From Sphaerodactylus townsendi (Eukaryota): 64,000 nucleotides of DNA. Made by a program: the position numbers and the translations under genes. Below are positions 22,890 to 35,300 of this stretch, piece by piece. The stretch is from the NCBI RefSeq assembly GCF_021028975.2, contig NC_059438.1:21080001-21144000 (forward strand). The letters run 5' to 3'. The first letter of the stretch is position 1; the number at the start of each line of letters is the position of its first letter. Below the pieces are notes generated by a model that saw nothing but the letters and a program-made list of their open reading frames with translations, was not told where the DNA came from and did not search any database.

Positions 22890-23255
22890 GAGCAGCAGTG
22901 GTATAGTGGTTAAGAGAAGGTGCATTCTAATCTGGAGGAACCAGGAGAAAAGTTAGGAACAAAATCCACCAGACCACGGCCACACAGCCCAGAAAACCCA
23001 CCAGAACCAGGTTTGATTCCTTGCTCAATCCCACTTGAGCTGTGGAGGCTTATCTGGGGAATTCAGATTAGCCTGTGCGCTCCAACACATGCCAGCTGGG
23101 TGACCTTGGGCTAGTCACAGTTCTTCTGATCTCTCTCAGCCCCACCTACCTCACGGGGTGTTTGTTGTGAGGGGGGAAGGAAAAGGAGTTCGTAAGCCCC
23201 TTTGAGTCTCATTACAGGAGAGAAGGGGGGGATATAAATCCAACTCTTCTTCTTC
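22890..23255 (+). mobile_element. Squam3-like tRNA SINE with an inserted Penelope fragment
   Basis: Shared consensus and (CTT)n tail. Confidence 0.75.
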
Positions 23256-23975
23256 AAGTCACATTTGTGAAAGGGCTGTTGGTGTTAAAAAATGTCCTGC
23301 ATAATTTGGGAACCAAAGATGAAGAAACAATGTGGAACTCCTTCCCCAATGTCCAAATCTGTTCCTGCGGGATTCTATAAGTGTTCATGGATATCAGCAA
23401 GTTGCACATCTATAGCAATTTAATTATAAGTATCTGTATAACTGAACCTAGAGTGAATTCCATGCTTTATGAGAAATAATAGTTCCACCTCATTCTCTAG
23501 TGAGAAACTGGGTGTATTTAGTCCAGGGAAGGCTGGTGGACCGGGGTGGGTGAGAAATATGATTGCACTGTTCAAATTCTTTTATTACATTTTATATAGA
23601 AAGGGCAAAGATTTCTTGTCTGCTTCTTCAGAGGGCAAGGCTAGATCTAGTGGATGTACATTTCAAAAGGACAGATTTCTGTTAGATTGCAAGAAAAACT
23701 TCCTAATGATAACATGGTTGGTCAAAGGAGCCAATTACTTTGAGAAGGGTAAGTGAACTTTCCCTAACTGGAAGTTTTCTAGCAATGGGTAGACAGAGGG
23801 CTGTCACAGATGCTCCAGTTTCACAGTTACTTCACTGAGTAGCGTATCAGTATGGGGATTCAAAAATGATCTCCAAGATACTAGTCTGATATATGAACCA
23901 CTACACTATGTAGTTAGGTAAGTAGAATTGACTAATGAAATAGAAGTGGCTCTGAGTTTATTGAAGGGCCATAAC

Positions 23976-24138
23976 CAGAGCCGGAGTTATGCACAAGCAT
24001 ATTAAACTACACATTTGGGCCTCAGATTATGAAGATCTCTGAAAAAATTACTAAAAATTATGAAATTACAATTTTAAAAATCTACAAGGCCTCTTAAGCT
24101 TTACAGTTTACGGCTTTCAGTATGTCAGTCTGGCTCTG
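23976..24138. mobile_element. hAT-type MITE
   Basis: CAGAGCCGG...CTGGCTCTG termini; GCCATAAC/GCCATAAT TSD. Confidence 0.6.
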
Positions 24139-24324
24139 GCCATAATAAATCAGTTTTCCTAGAAGTTGCATGGCCACCATGTTTGAGCTGAAGCAATTCT
24201 CTAAGGACTCTCACCTACTGAGGTTCACAGCCTTTGAAAACATCTGGTTGAATAGTGCCTAACACAGAACGTATTTGCATATCTCAGAATGGCTGTGCCT
24301 CAAACAGTGCAACCCCATACAGAA

Positions 24325-24545
24325 TGTATTGTCGAAGGCTTTCACGGCCGGATTCAACTGGTTGTGGTGGGTTTTCCGGGCTGTGTGGCTGTGGTCTGGT
24401 AGATCTTGTTCCTAACGTTTCGCCTACATCTGTGGCTGGCATCTTCAGAGGTGTATCACAGAGGGAAGTCTATTACACTCTGTCTCTGGATGCATCTCCA
24501 GCCACAGATGCAGGCGAAACGCTAGGAACAAGATCACCACAACCA
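24325..24545. mobile_element. Penelope-like element terminal fragment with inverted arrangement
   Basis: GTATTGTCGAAGGCTTTCACGGCCGG...GTGGCTGGCATCTTCAGAGG and an inverted copy. Confidence 0.7.
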
Positions 24546-24949
24546 ACCCATACAGAATGACTCCATTCTAAGCCTCTTCATTTCAGTGAGGTTTATTTAT
24601 CTTATAAGCCTTTTTGAGATTAGTGGAGTCTAAACGTCTTGTAAACTCATTCAATTCAATTCAGTGCCTCTACCAGGGTTCAGCACATGCAGCAACTTCA
24701 GTTTTTTAAGGCAGCTTTTAAACTGAAGTTGCTACGTGTATCCCGAACTGTGGTAAGTTGAATCGAATGGATGTACAAGAATTCAGACTCCGCCAGTCTC
24801 AAAAGTGGATTCTGTACAGCAATGCAACTCGTTATAAATATGCTGTGCGGAATCCACCAAACAGTCTTCTATGACAGATACTGGGCAACAGTGATTCCTA
24901 ACAGTGATTCCTAACAGGCGGAATAATGCATTTTCAAAACACTTTGCAA

Positions 24950-25760
24950 CCGAGTTTCGTTGCGTGAAGGCAAACCTCCACTGGCAGACCATCGCCGATC
25001 AGTGGGTGCGCAAAAAGGAACAGGTTTTGTTTCCCGCCTCCTTCAGGAATGACCAGTTTTCAAAAAGAGAGAGAGAAGCTGCCCTTCAATCCCCCACAAT
25101 GCTTTGCGGTCGTCGAGCCCTGAAGCTTTTCCTCGCGGTGCATGAAGGGATGCGAAGTACATTCGTTTTCCAGAAGGGGCTCGAGAAAGCAGCGGGCTGG
25201 ACTGCCTTTCCCAGCATGCCGCGCGGCGGCCAAGGCGTGGCCCGGAAGAGGCGGGAGCCAGAAAGAGTGAGGGAGAGAGGGGCTCAGTCGGTTCGGGCCG
25301 CGCTCGGTGCCGCCGCCGCCGCCGCCATTAGCCGAGTGGGAGCTGCGAGGTGAGGGCCTCTGCGGCGCGGGAGGGGTGGACGGAAGTAGCGGGGCGGGCC
25401 TCGCGGCTCCATGGAGGTCGCGGGCTCGACTTTGCCCGCGGGGACGCTCCTGGGCGCTGTCACTCTCCCTCCTTCTCCCGAAAGGCCTCCGCGAGCGGGG
25501 AAGGGCGAGGCTGTGGGTGTGTCGGGAGCCGGGAGTGGGCCGTTTGGTGCTTTTCCGCCCCGCTTTTCACGGGCTGGTCGTGCGGACAGTTTCTTTGCGG
25601 TCTTATGCTGGAGCAAGCCTCTCTGTGTGTGTCGCGCTCTGTGTTCACGTCTGAACGTGTTACGCCCATCGGGTTTCCCGCCTGCGTTCGAGCCGTGCAC
25701 CCCACCACGTGCGCGGCTGGTAGCGGAAGCGCCCTTCCCCACACAGGCCCCTCCCCTGGT
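24950..25760 (+). promoter_or_regulatory. NUTF2 CpG-island promoter and non-coding exon 1 (donor after 25349)
   Basis: CpG island; ZNF143-type TTCCCAGCATGC, ETS CCGGAAG, GCCGCCAT YY1-like motif; GAG|GTGAGG donor. Confidence 0.7.
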
Positions 25761-28700
25761 GATTTAAAAATAATAACTGCACAAGTTTGTGTGTGTGCGT
25801 TAAGCTCCTTCAAGTCGCTTCCGACTCATGGCGACCCTGTGAATTAGTATCCTCCAAAATCTCCTGTCATTCACAGGCCTGGGTCGAGTCTTTTGCAGCC
25901 GAATTAAACTGGAGCCTTTGGGTGCCTTAAAGACGGATATGAGGTTGTTTCAATATAAGCTTCTATGAGTCGATATTCGCTTCATCCGACATTTCTGTGT
26001 TTCCTTTTAATGTTGCACGGGGTGTGTTAGGCATGACACTTGATCTCCCCACCCCATTTGTGAATCCTCCCTTCCAAAAATCCAGGGCGATGAATCACGT
26101 CAGGACTTCTGTTGGGAGCTGCCTGCTGGTGTGCCGTTGCGTTTATAGGACTTAGCTTTAAGACCCTGTAAGTGATGCTTCTTTCATGCAAGATACCAAA
26201 AGTACCCAAAAAATTGTCAGACCAAAGAACTGGGCTATGTTAAAAATATTGGACAAGGATCTGGGAGACCCAGCTTTGAACCCCCACTCAGCTATGGAAG
26301 CTTACTAGATGACCTTGGGCATGTCAGATTAATCTACCACAGATATATGCCAATAAAGGCTATGTATGTAATATACCACAAAGGGTTATACCACAAAGGG
26401 TTATAGTGAGGATAATATTGGAGGAGAGAAGGATAAACGAAGCAAGTAAATAAATGTGTAAAGAACTGTAGGGAGATGGAAACACCTGTGAGTATTTACA
26501 TTAGAAGATAGGTGTATAATGGGTGTCATTACAAAAGTTGTAAACTAGAAACAAAGACATGCCAGCTCCTTGACAAACCACCTTGCTTTATTGTGCTGCT
26601 GTCCATCTAGGTAAGAGAAGAAACTGAGGAAGTCTAACTTTTTCAGTTTTCATTCTCAAATTCTGGAACCAAAAATTCCCTTTTGATTTTCATCCTCATA
26701 TTCTGGAACCAGAGTTTTGCTTATGGGGATTGTCTTGGCATTAGTATGTGTCTTTCGGTGGAGAATTTTATCTTTTTCAAACTGGGATTTTAGTATGACT
26801 GACTTTGTCACAGACAGCAACTTTAGAACTGGACTTTTCCTCCCCAGAATGGAACACTGTTGTCTATGCTCAGTTCTGGCCCACATTGATGTAGTGTTGC
26901 TTTATATAGTTGTTCAACTGTAGACATAGTGATATATATATGCTTAATCATAAACAACACCCCAAAAAGGTTAATACAAAAAGGTTAATACAAATTTGTT
27001 CCCTTGGCCCATTCTGTTGCTGCTGCTGTTTCAAAAACCTTTATAATTTTTTTTAATTAGGGTTTTGGAAGCTATGAGATCCAGGTGAACTATGAGCATT
27101 ATACTTTCTTTATTGCTTTTGTTAGCATAAGTGAAATTGACCCAGGGAGACATTCCACTCCGCACCTTCAGTATTTTGATGTGCAGTATAAGGTACTTGC
27201 TAGAAGAAAATGCTAAAACTTGCTAGAAGAAAATGCAGAGGGAAAAGGTTGCTATGGCAGACTCTTTAGAGTTGTGAGGAATGGGCTTTAGATGTTCACG
27301 GCTTTGTTCAGTGGGCCAGGAGAGACTGTGAAGGTATTTCCTGAGCTGTGGCTCAGTGGTACAGCATCTGCTTGGCATGCAGAAGGGCCCATGTTCAATC
27401 CTCAGCATCTCCACCTGTATGTGTTCATAACTCGGGTTGAACAGTCATTGAGTCCGCAGGTTGTGTGTAAGAAACTGGTGTTGTGTGTGCTTTACTTATC
27501 GGTTCCTCCCTGCCAAAGGTTTACCTAGGACAGTTTGCATGGATCCAGAATCATGTTTATAGTCTGTTCAGCTTGTTTATGCATGCCAATTTTGACTGAT
27601 GCATCCCATATTTTTTTTCATGTCCCAAACATTAAGCATTGAAAGCGTAAGGAAATCTGCGACAGGACTGGAAAAAGCTGAGCCAGTTGGTTAGTCACAT
27701 TTCTAGTTTTCTGTCATCATTTTGTGCAGCATGGGAGAGAACATTCATCCATGTGAAACTCTCAGACCTTTTCAGCCTTCTGAACGGACTATGTTTCTAT
27801 GGTCACATTAATCCCAGATTAAAAATGGCCGTGCAAGTCAAGCTGTGTGTACTCGCGTTATGGCAGATTAGCTGGTTACCCAGAGTTTGCTTTCAGCAGT
27901 CTCAGTTCTCTGCATTGTTCCTGCTACAGCTGAGAAGTATTTATTGTCACCACACCTCAGCTCAGTGCCCTCTGCATGTGTTCTGAGATGGTCAACCGCC
28001 TCGCCTTCCACTTTTCTCCCGCTGCTTGTTGCAAATATAGCTGTGGTGCATTTATAGAGCATGCATGATAATATCCATGTCTTTTTGAAACACTCTTTGG
28101 GGGGGGGGATTTAATTTTAGTTTTAATTTCATGTATTTATATAGCAGTGGTCAGACTGCTTTGCAGACCTCTCGGTGGTCAGATTGCCTTGCAAAATTCC
28201 AACTGTGCCAATAGGGTCCCTGCCTCAAGAATCTTACAATCCAAAATTCAAGGGAAGCAGCAGCACGATGGGGAAAATGGAAGGAAGAGCAAACATGAAA
28301 AGTGCGTTCAGTTAAGTTGCGTTTATTTAGGCTTAGTTTCATTGTGAACTCCTTTCCAATTCTACTTGTACACCAAAGAAAAACCATGCACTTGTTTGAG
28401 TCCATCAATGAATTCAATGGATTCTGGTCAAGTCTTGTAAACGTAGCAACTGTAGTTGACCTCCTTCTCCTCCTTATTTCCCACACACACACACACCATT
28501 CCTATTTATTGTTTTTCTGAGAAACAGGGCTAATTCAGCTTCGGGCAGTTGTTTGGACACTCCTGCTTTCTTCTCCTTTTTGTCCTTAAGGTTATGTGGT
28601 CTTTCACTGGCAAAAGATAAGCTGTGAGCACAGTGTGGTGTCTTCATGACATGGGCCAGTATTGGTAATCTGTCCTGGCTCTGGAGATGACATTTATCTT

Positions 28701-29248
28701 TGGCCACTGCAAGCACCTCACATAATATTGCACCGGCAAGGATGTTCAGGTAGGCAGCCAAAGGAGGCAGCCACATCTGTTCAACTGAGGACATTTATTG
28801 TTCATATTGGATGAGTGGTAAATTGCATTACTGTTTTGTTATAACTGAATAAGCGGGTGGGGGGCAGGTCGTCTGCTTTGTATCCAGAATGATTCAGCTC
28901 TAGATTTTGAGTTTTGCTTCTGGGAGCTGGAGCATGGCTTAAAATGCAGAGCAGAAGTGTCACTTTCTTTCAGCGTCATGGCATAAGGAGCACCTAAGTT
29001 CTGATTTTGTGAACAAGCTGCAGTCGGGTGGCTTTGGGGCATCGATGCAACCTGAAGAGAGTTCTCTGCAGCTTCTGGTGCTCATATCCCCTGCAGGGGA
29101 AAAGAGTTATAGCTGACTGGAAAACTGGACAGTTCTGACAAAAGCCCATTCCATTATGCCCTGTTGTCACGTGGCCCCGTTGTCTAATCTGTCCGTTTTC
29201 ATGGCTGTTTCTTTTATTTCAGTTGCTGGCTCCAGCTGAGGATTCAGA

Positions 29249-29347
29249 ATGGGAGACAAGCCCATTTGGGAGCAGATTGGTTCTAGCTTTGTACAGCATT
29301 ACTACCAGTTATTCGATACAGACAGGACTCAATTAGGAGCAATATAT
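29249..29347 (+). CDS. NUTF2: NUTF2 coding exon 1
   Basis: [11 protein letters not shown]...LGAIY; GTAAGT donor. Confidence 0.97.
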
Positions 29348-32300
29348 GTAAGTAGTTCCATGGATGGGATTCCTTTGGTGGTTTTTTAATGGTTGCTCAC
29401 TGAGTTGCTGCTTAAAAACAAACAAACCAGGATCTCTATGTTTCCTTGGTAGAGAGCGCAAATAAACAGATCAATAACCCGACCCCCCACCCCCAGCAGT
29501 GCTTTGTTTTAGAATTACCTCCATTCTGTCTATTGGCCTGTTACCTCTAATGGTGAAGTATGGGAAAGATTGAGTATGCCCTCTGACATCTGCAGGACTT
29601 CTACATAAGTTTTTCTTGTAAAGAAACAGCATCAGCAAGGGAACAGCTGAGCTTTCATTTTCCCCATGGGGTCTTTGTGGAACTGGTTAGAATCCTTGGA
29701 GTAGGATCCAAAGGTATCTTTATTCTGATTGGAAGGTATCCAGATAGCTCGTAGTATTCAAGTATGTGGGAACTATTCCACTCAATTTTTTTTTGCAGGG
29801 CGGCAGCAGGAGAAACCCGCTGCCAAAAAAAGCAGATGGGTATCTTGGCACATATTGTCTCATTCGTAGGAATTAGAATTTTCCTTTTAAAAGGTGAAAG
29901 TTGAGATGTTGAAATTCCGCAGCTAATTCTACATATATTGGTTGCTGCCGGGATGTAAGAATCCTTGTATGTTGTATTACAGCAATGGTGATGTGAAGAA
30001 TATAGGATGGAACACATTTTAGAAAATGGGGTCATACCAAATGGTCTGTTTTCCGAAACAGGTTTTGGCTGTCTTTCCATAGAAATCTAAATACTCTTGG
30101 GGATCATTACAGAAAGAATTTCTGTCCTCCTATGGCCAGTGGATTTTGAAATAAAGGAGTGACGTCTCTGCAGTACTTAGACTAAGGGAAAGAGCTAACA
30201 CAGGGTTTCCAACCTTTGTGAGTCTGCAGACACCTTTGGGATTCTGACAGTATAGTGAACACATCCACAAAATGGCTGCTGCAGCTTACTTTCATCCGCA
30301 CAGTAAAGATCCTTGTGCTCTTGTGCACAGTAAAGATCCTGATGGCAGCTGCTGCCAAAGCAGTATTTTTTTAAAAAAATATATTGCACCAGTAATCAAA
30401 TCTCCAATAACGAATCAGAATCCCTTGCTTTGCCATATTGGGAACCCCTGAGCTAACAAATTCAGATTTTAAAGTTTACCAGTGTTGCTTCTTCCTCTAC
30501 TCATCTACCACCTTGGGATTTCTGTCCCTGTTTGAGACTGGGCAAGTAGCGTTGCTATATTTGGCAACAAACATAGAGAAGGGTCAAAGTGGTCCTCTGT
30601 CTGTTGAGCATCTTTAGGTAAAAGCGTAGTGCATCTGACCATCAGGTTAGCAACACTTGAGTGTCTTCAGAATCAAAAGGTTCAAGGGAACTGAATGTGC
30701 TTAGAACGACATGCATGCATTAGAATGCAGAAAGATTTGCAGTTTGTCTGTGTGGGTGTTTTCAGTGGTGGGTAAGAGGCAAAGGCATAGGTTTTTAGGA
30801 CTAGTGCACCTGGCTTTTGTAGGTTTTTCCCCAGAGAAGAGTTTTAACTATTTGGCCCAGAGCTGTGGTTTTGCACATTTGCTTGTGGCTTAGAAGTACA
30901 TCATGAGGCTCGAACTCCTGAGCTTTGGGACCCCTGAGCTCCCTTGGGCAAAAGAGGAAGCAGAGTTGCCCTGATTGTCTTCTCCTCCCCTCCTTTCACC
31001 AGTGGGTACCACTCATTCTGCAAAGATTCAGATGGCTCTCAGCCATTGGTAGTACAGGAAGCATGACCTTCAGCCATTGTCTCCTGATCCAAGTTGCCAG
31101 TGACCAGTCTAACCCCCCAACACGCACTCTCGCTCGCTCGCTTGTGGCACTGCCAGGCTACAGGAGCTCAACCAGCTGCAACTGGCACGGGAGTTCATCT
31201 GCTTCTGTTGTCTCTAGGGCCCACATCAGTCTTAGCTGAGACCCTGCTTTGATAGTTCATCCTGAAAAGGTGGATTCAGTTTTACAAGTGAGTCCCACTT
31301 CTTCAAGAAGCTTAGAAACAATGCCCTACAGTAGTCATATTTTGCCCTAGGAGGTTCTGCTAGCTGAGCTGTACATTTGTGTGTTCAATAAAGGGAAGTG
31401 CCTTCGCAGACTCCCACGTTTGAGCACCCCAAAGCTCAGAGAGATAGAGACAGTGTCAGAGATTCTGCCTGAACTTGGCAATAACTCCCTGCAGAGGATT
31501 TAAATGTGTGGGGAATTGCTAAGCATAGTGATACTACTGGCCACATTCCACTCTGATGCTGCATCAGTGAATTCTTTAAGTACCAGCAGGTGTGGATATT
31601 GTAAATAAAATAAAAATCTGGAAGCTCGAGGCTGAGGTGAATTGCAGCTGCTTAGAACAATTGGGTTATTTTTTCCATTGGTGTTGAATGACAATTGACA
31701 TCTGTGTTGTAAAAATGTTGTGGGAAAGAAGAATCTCAACAGCTGCCTTGAATTAAAAAAAAACAGTGATTGCTATACTAGGGAAACCACTGGAGTGCTG
31801 AAATCAGGTTGGTGGTTGACTAATAATTTGGTAAATTTGACTAAAAAATTGGTAAAATGTTACAGACTTCCAGTCCTCCTTAGTTTTTTTTCCCCCTTGG
31901 TATCTTCTTCCCCAGTATGTTTAATACTAAAATTTGCAGTGTAAATTGAAGTCGCTCGTTTTTTAACCCTGGCAAGGTTTATACCATGCAAAAGAAAAGT
32001 GGGGGTGAGGTGTAGCGAAAAACACCAAATATACAGAAAAGAAAACCTTTTACATCAAGACTGTGGGTTACAGCAAATAGACCAGCTCAGAACAAAATTA
32101 GGCAATGATGTGCTCTATATGTGCTCTATATGTGCTCCTGGTGGGCCACTGCAAGTAGCAGAGTGCTGAATTAGATGGACTCTGGTCTGATCCAGCAGGC
32201 TAGTTCTTATGTTCTTATTTGATAGTGTCTAATAACCCATAAAACTGACTGAAGTGCATAACATGCAGAATACATAAAAATGACACAAGAAGACAGAAGC

Positions 32301-35300
32301 GCACATATGCACACCAGCCAGCGAGCACAGGAAAGTTCTTGAAATATGACAAAACGTCTTCATCAGTAATGAGTTGTTCCAAGCTTGCCCATATAGGGTT
32401 GATAGAACTAAGCCAATAATTAATGTAAAGTGGCTTTATGATGTTTATCCAGGAAAAATTAGATGAGATAAGTAGCAATAATGTCTTCCAAAGCAATCAA
32501 CAAGACGACATTATTGCTGCTTAGCCCACCTAAATTTCTCTGGGGTAACATCATACACTGTTTTGTCAGCAAACCAGGTGAACTTCAGAATTTTCAGCCT
32601 TTCCACTTACCTGAGACTTACCGGCTTCCATTCTGCACGTCAGAATGTTTCACACATCCTGCCTTGTGACCACAGTGCCAGGACTATCATATGTCCTCAA
32701 TATTGCAAGGACTTTTTCATCCCAGCCAGTCTGGGATGAAGAAAGGGGGGAGCATTACACTTACAGGACTTACAGAATGCTTCACACATCCTGCCTTGTG
32801 ACCACAGTGTCAGGACTATCATATGTCCTCAATATTGCAAGGACTTTTTCATCCCAGCCAGTCTGGGATGAAGAAAGGGGTGGGGGGAGCATTACACTTA
32901 CAGGACTTTAGCAGGCTAGTTGTCTTGCATAGGAGATATTCCATCCCTGAGATATTTGATTCTTTCCCCTCCCCTCCCAACATGGTTCAGTCTTGCTTCT
33001 CAGCTGGTTTTCCTGTGTGTGGATGACAGGAGTCTGATTGTCAGATTGTAGTCTGATTGTTTTTTGTGAAGGACATCTTCTTTTCCAAAGCAGACTATGA
33101 CCACATCTGTCTTTCATCATTACAGATAGACGCCTCATGCCTTACGTGGGAAGGACAACAATTTCAGGGCAAAGCAGCTATTGTTGAAAAACTTTCAGTA
33201 AGTACCTGCAGTATTAATAGCTTCACACTGTGCTTCTGTTCAACCCTAAAACAACTTGTGATTCCATGCAAGAGTTTCTAGTTTTAGTTTTGGTATTTCT
33301 GGGAAGGTGGTTGGGGGCAAATTCATTACAAGGTATGATGCATTGGTTGTGCTTCTAATTGCCATGGCTCAGACAACGTCTAGCAATCCTAACCATGTTT
33401 ACTAAGAGAACAGTCCCATTTAAATCAATGGGATGTACACCTGTTTCTATCTGTATTGTAGCTGGGAAGGGCAGTGTACCGGGATGGTATTTCACAGTTC
33501 TGAATTCACAGTCCGCATTCTTTGCACATGCTGGGGTTGGGGCAGCAGGAAGGAAACAGTCATAGTCAGAATAGGCTGTGGTGGCGAACCTATGGCACTC
33601 CAGATGTTCATGGGCTACAATTCCCATCAGTTCCTGCCAGCATGGCCAATTGGCTGATGGGAATTGTAATCCATGAACATCTGGAGTGCCATAGGTTTGC
33701 CACCACGGGAATAGGGGGTAATTGTGAATTTCCAGCATTGTGGTTGACTAGATGACTCTTGAGATCTCTTTCAGCTCTATGTTTCTGTGCTGGTTTAAAC
33801 AAAAGATAAGTCAGCAGTTGATGGATTTGGGTGGTGGAAAGTGTGGTCTAGTCACAGATGACTTATGGCAACTCTATAGGATTTTCAAAACAAAAGACAG
33901 AGCTGATTTGCCATTCCCTGTTTCTGCATAGCAGACCTGGACTCCCATCCAAGTACTAACCAGGACTAACCTTGTTTAGCATCCAAGATCTGATGAGGTC
34001 AGGCTAGTCTGGTCAATCCAGGTCATGTCAGATGGATTTTAGGGACTTAAATTTCCATGTCACATCATGCTTTCCAAAGTCAGTTGCTGCTGCTATGTAT
34101 TTAAGCCTCAATCCAGCAATGTCAAAGCTCCTAAGCCCAGTTGAGTCCAATGGCTCTAATAGTGGTACATGGTGAAACCCAGCACACAGTTCATCAGCCG
34201 AATGTCTGGTACAAATGCTCTTAGTAATCTGATGTCTTGTCTGCACCATGTCTTGTCTGCACCATCTGCACCATTGTGATTCATAGTGTGCATCACTGGA
34301 CATCATGCATCCCAGCATTTAACCTGTGCTTACATTCCTGTAGTTGAATAGTATTACTTTTTACCTTGAGCAGCTAAACATTTTTGTTGTTGTTTTTAAA
34401 ATGTTAGTCTCTATGTTAGCTCAGGTCCTGCTATGTTTCTTGTTCCTGGGGGCTTCCTGCGCTTTCAGCCTCGGAGCCTGGCAAAGAGAATTATCAAGTC
34501 AAAAACGTTACCTGCGTCTGGAATGTGCATGTCTGTGTGACTGCCCTCTGCCCTTTTCCTGTTTGTGTTCCCTCCTTCATCTCCAGCCCTCTGGGAACTG
34601 ATGTGTGTGTGTCGACTCACTTCGGTAGTGTGTAGGGGGAGGGTGGGTCTGACGTATTTTTCCTGGGAACTTATAGTCTGTTGTTTGTAAGAGTCTGACC
34701 AGTTCAGACAATAGAGCTATCCTCTATTCCTCTGCTTGTCATCAATAAAACAAGAAATCTACTTTTAAAAGTACTGATTCCTGTCTGAGCGACTCTGGGG
34801 CTCCTAATAACCAAATCTAGGTAGGAAAACTTGCAGCTTGCAGGTAGGAAAACTCTAGCTTTCAAACTGCAAATAAATAATTAGAAATGGTGCTTCTCTA
34901 TTACTCAGTCTTATCTTCCCCTCTTCCCCTATTACAGAGCCTTCCTTTTCAGAAAATACAGCACAGCATCACAGCACAAGACCATCAGCCCACACCTGAC
35001 AGCTGTATACTCAGTATGGTAGTTGGACAGCTTAAGGTAAATGTTTCTTCCACCTCTGAATCCTGTGAGTCGCTGTTTGGAACCCCCATGTGAATGTTGG
35101 GGCACATTGTTCTGGCTGTGCAAGTGTTTTCGGGTCATGTAGGTTGGCGGGTGTGGGAAGAGCCAAATCCCAGTTGAGAGGAGAATGGGAATTTGAGCGT
35201 GGCTTGGCCTCAGGTGATTTATTTGTGAACTGTTGTTGTCACGAATACAAACTGAATACTGTTGTTGTCACGAATACAAACTGAACTGTTATCACGAATA

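Noticed and set aside
24904-25847. ORFs over the NUTF2 CpG island
   Set aside because: GC-rich promoter and intron sequence; no homology recognised
34402-34812. Possible solo LTR in a NUTF2 intron
   Set aside because: TG start and AATAAA present, but no clear CA end or TSD
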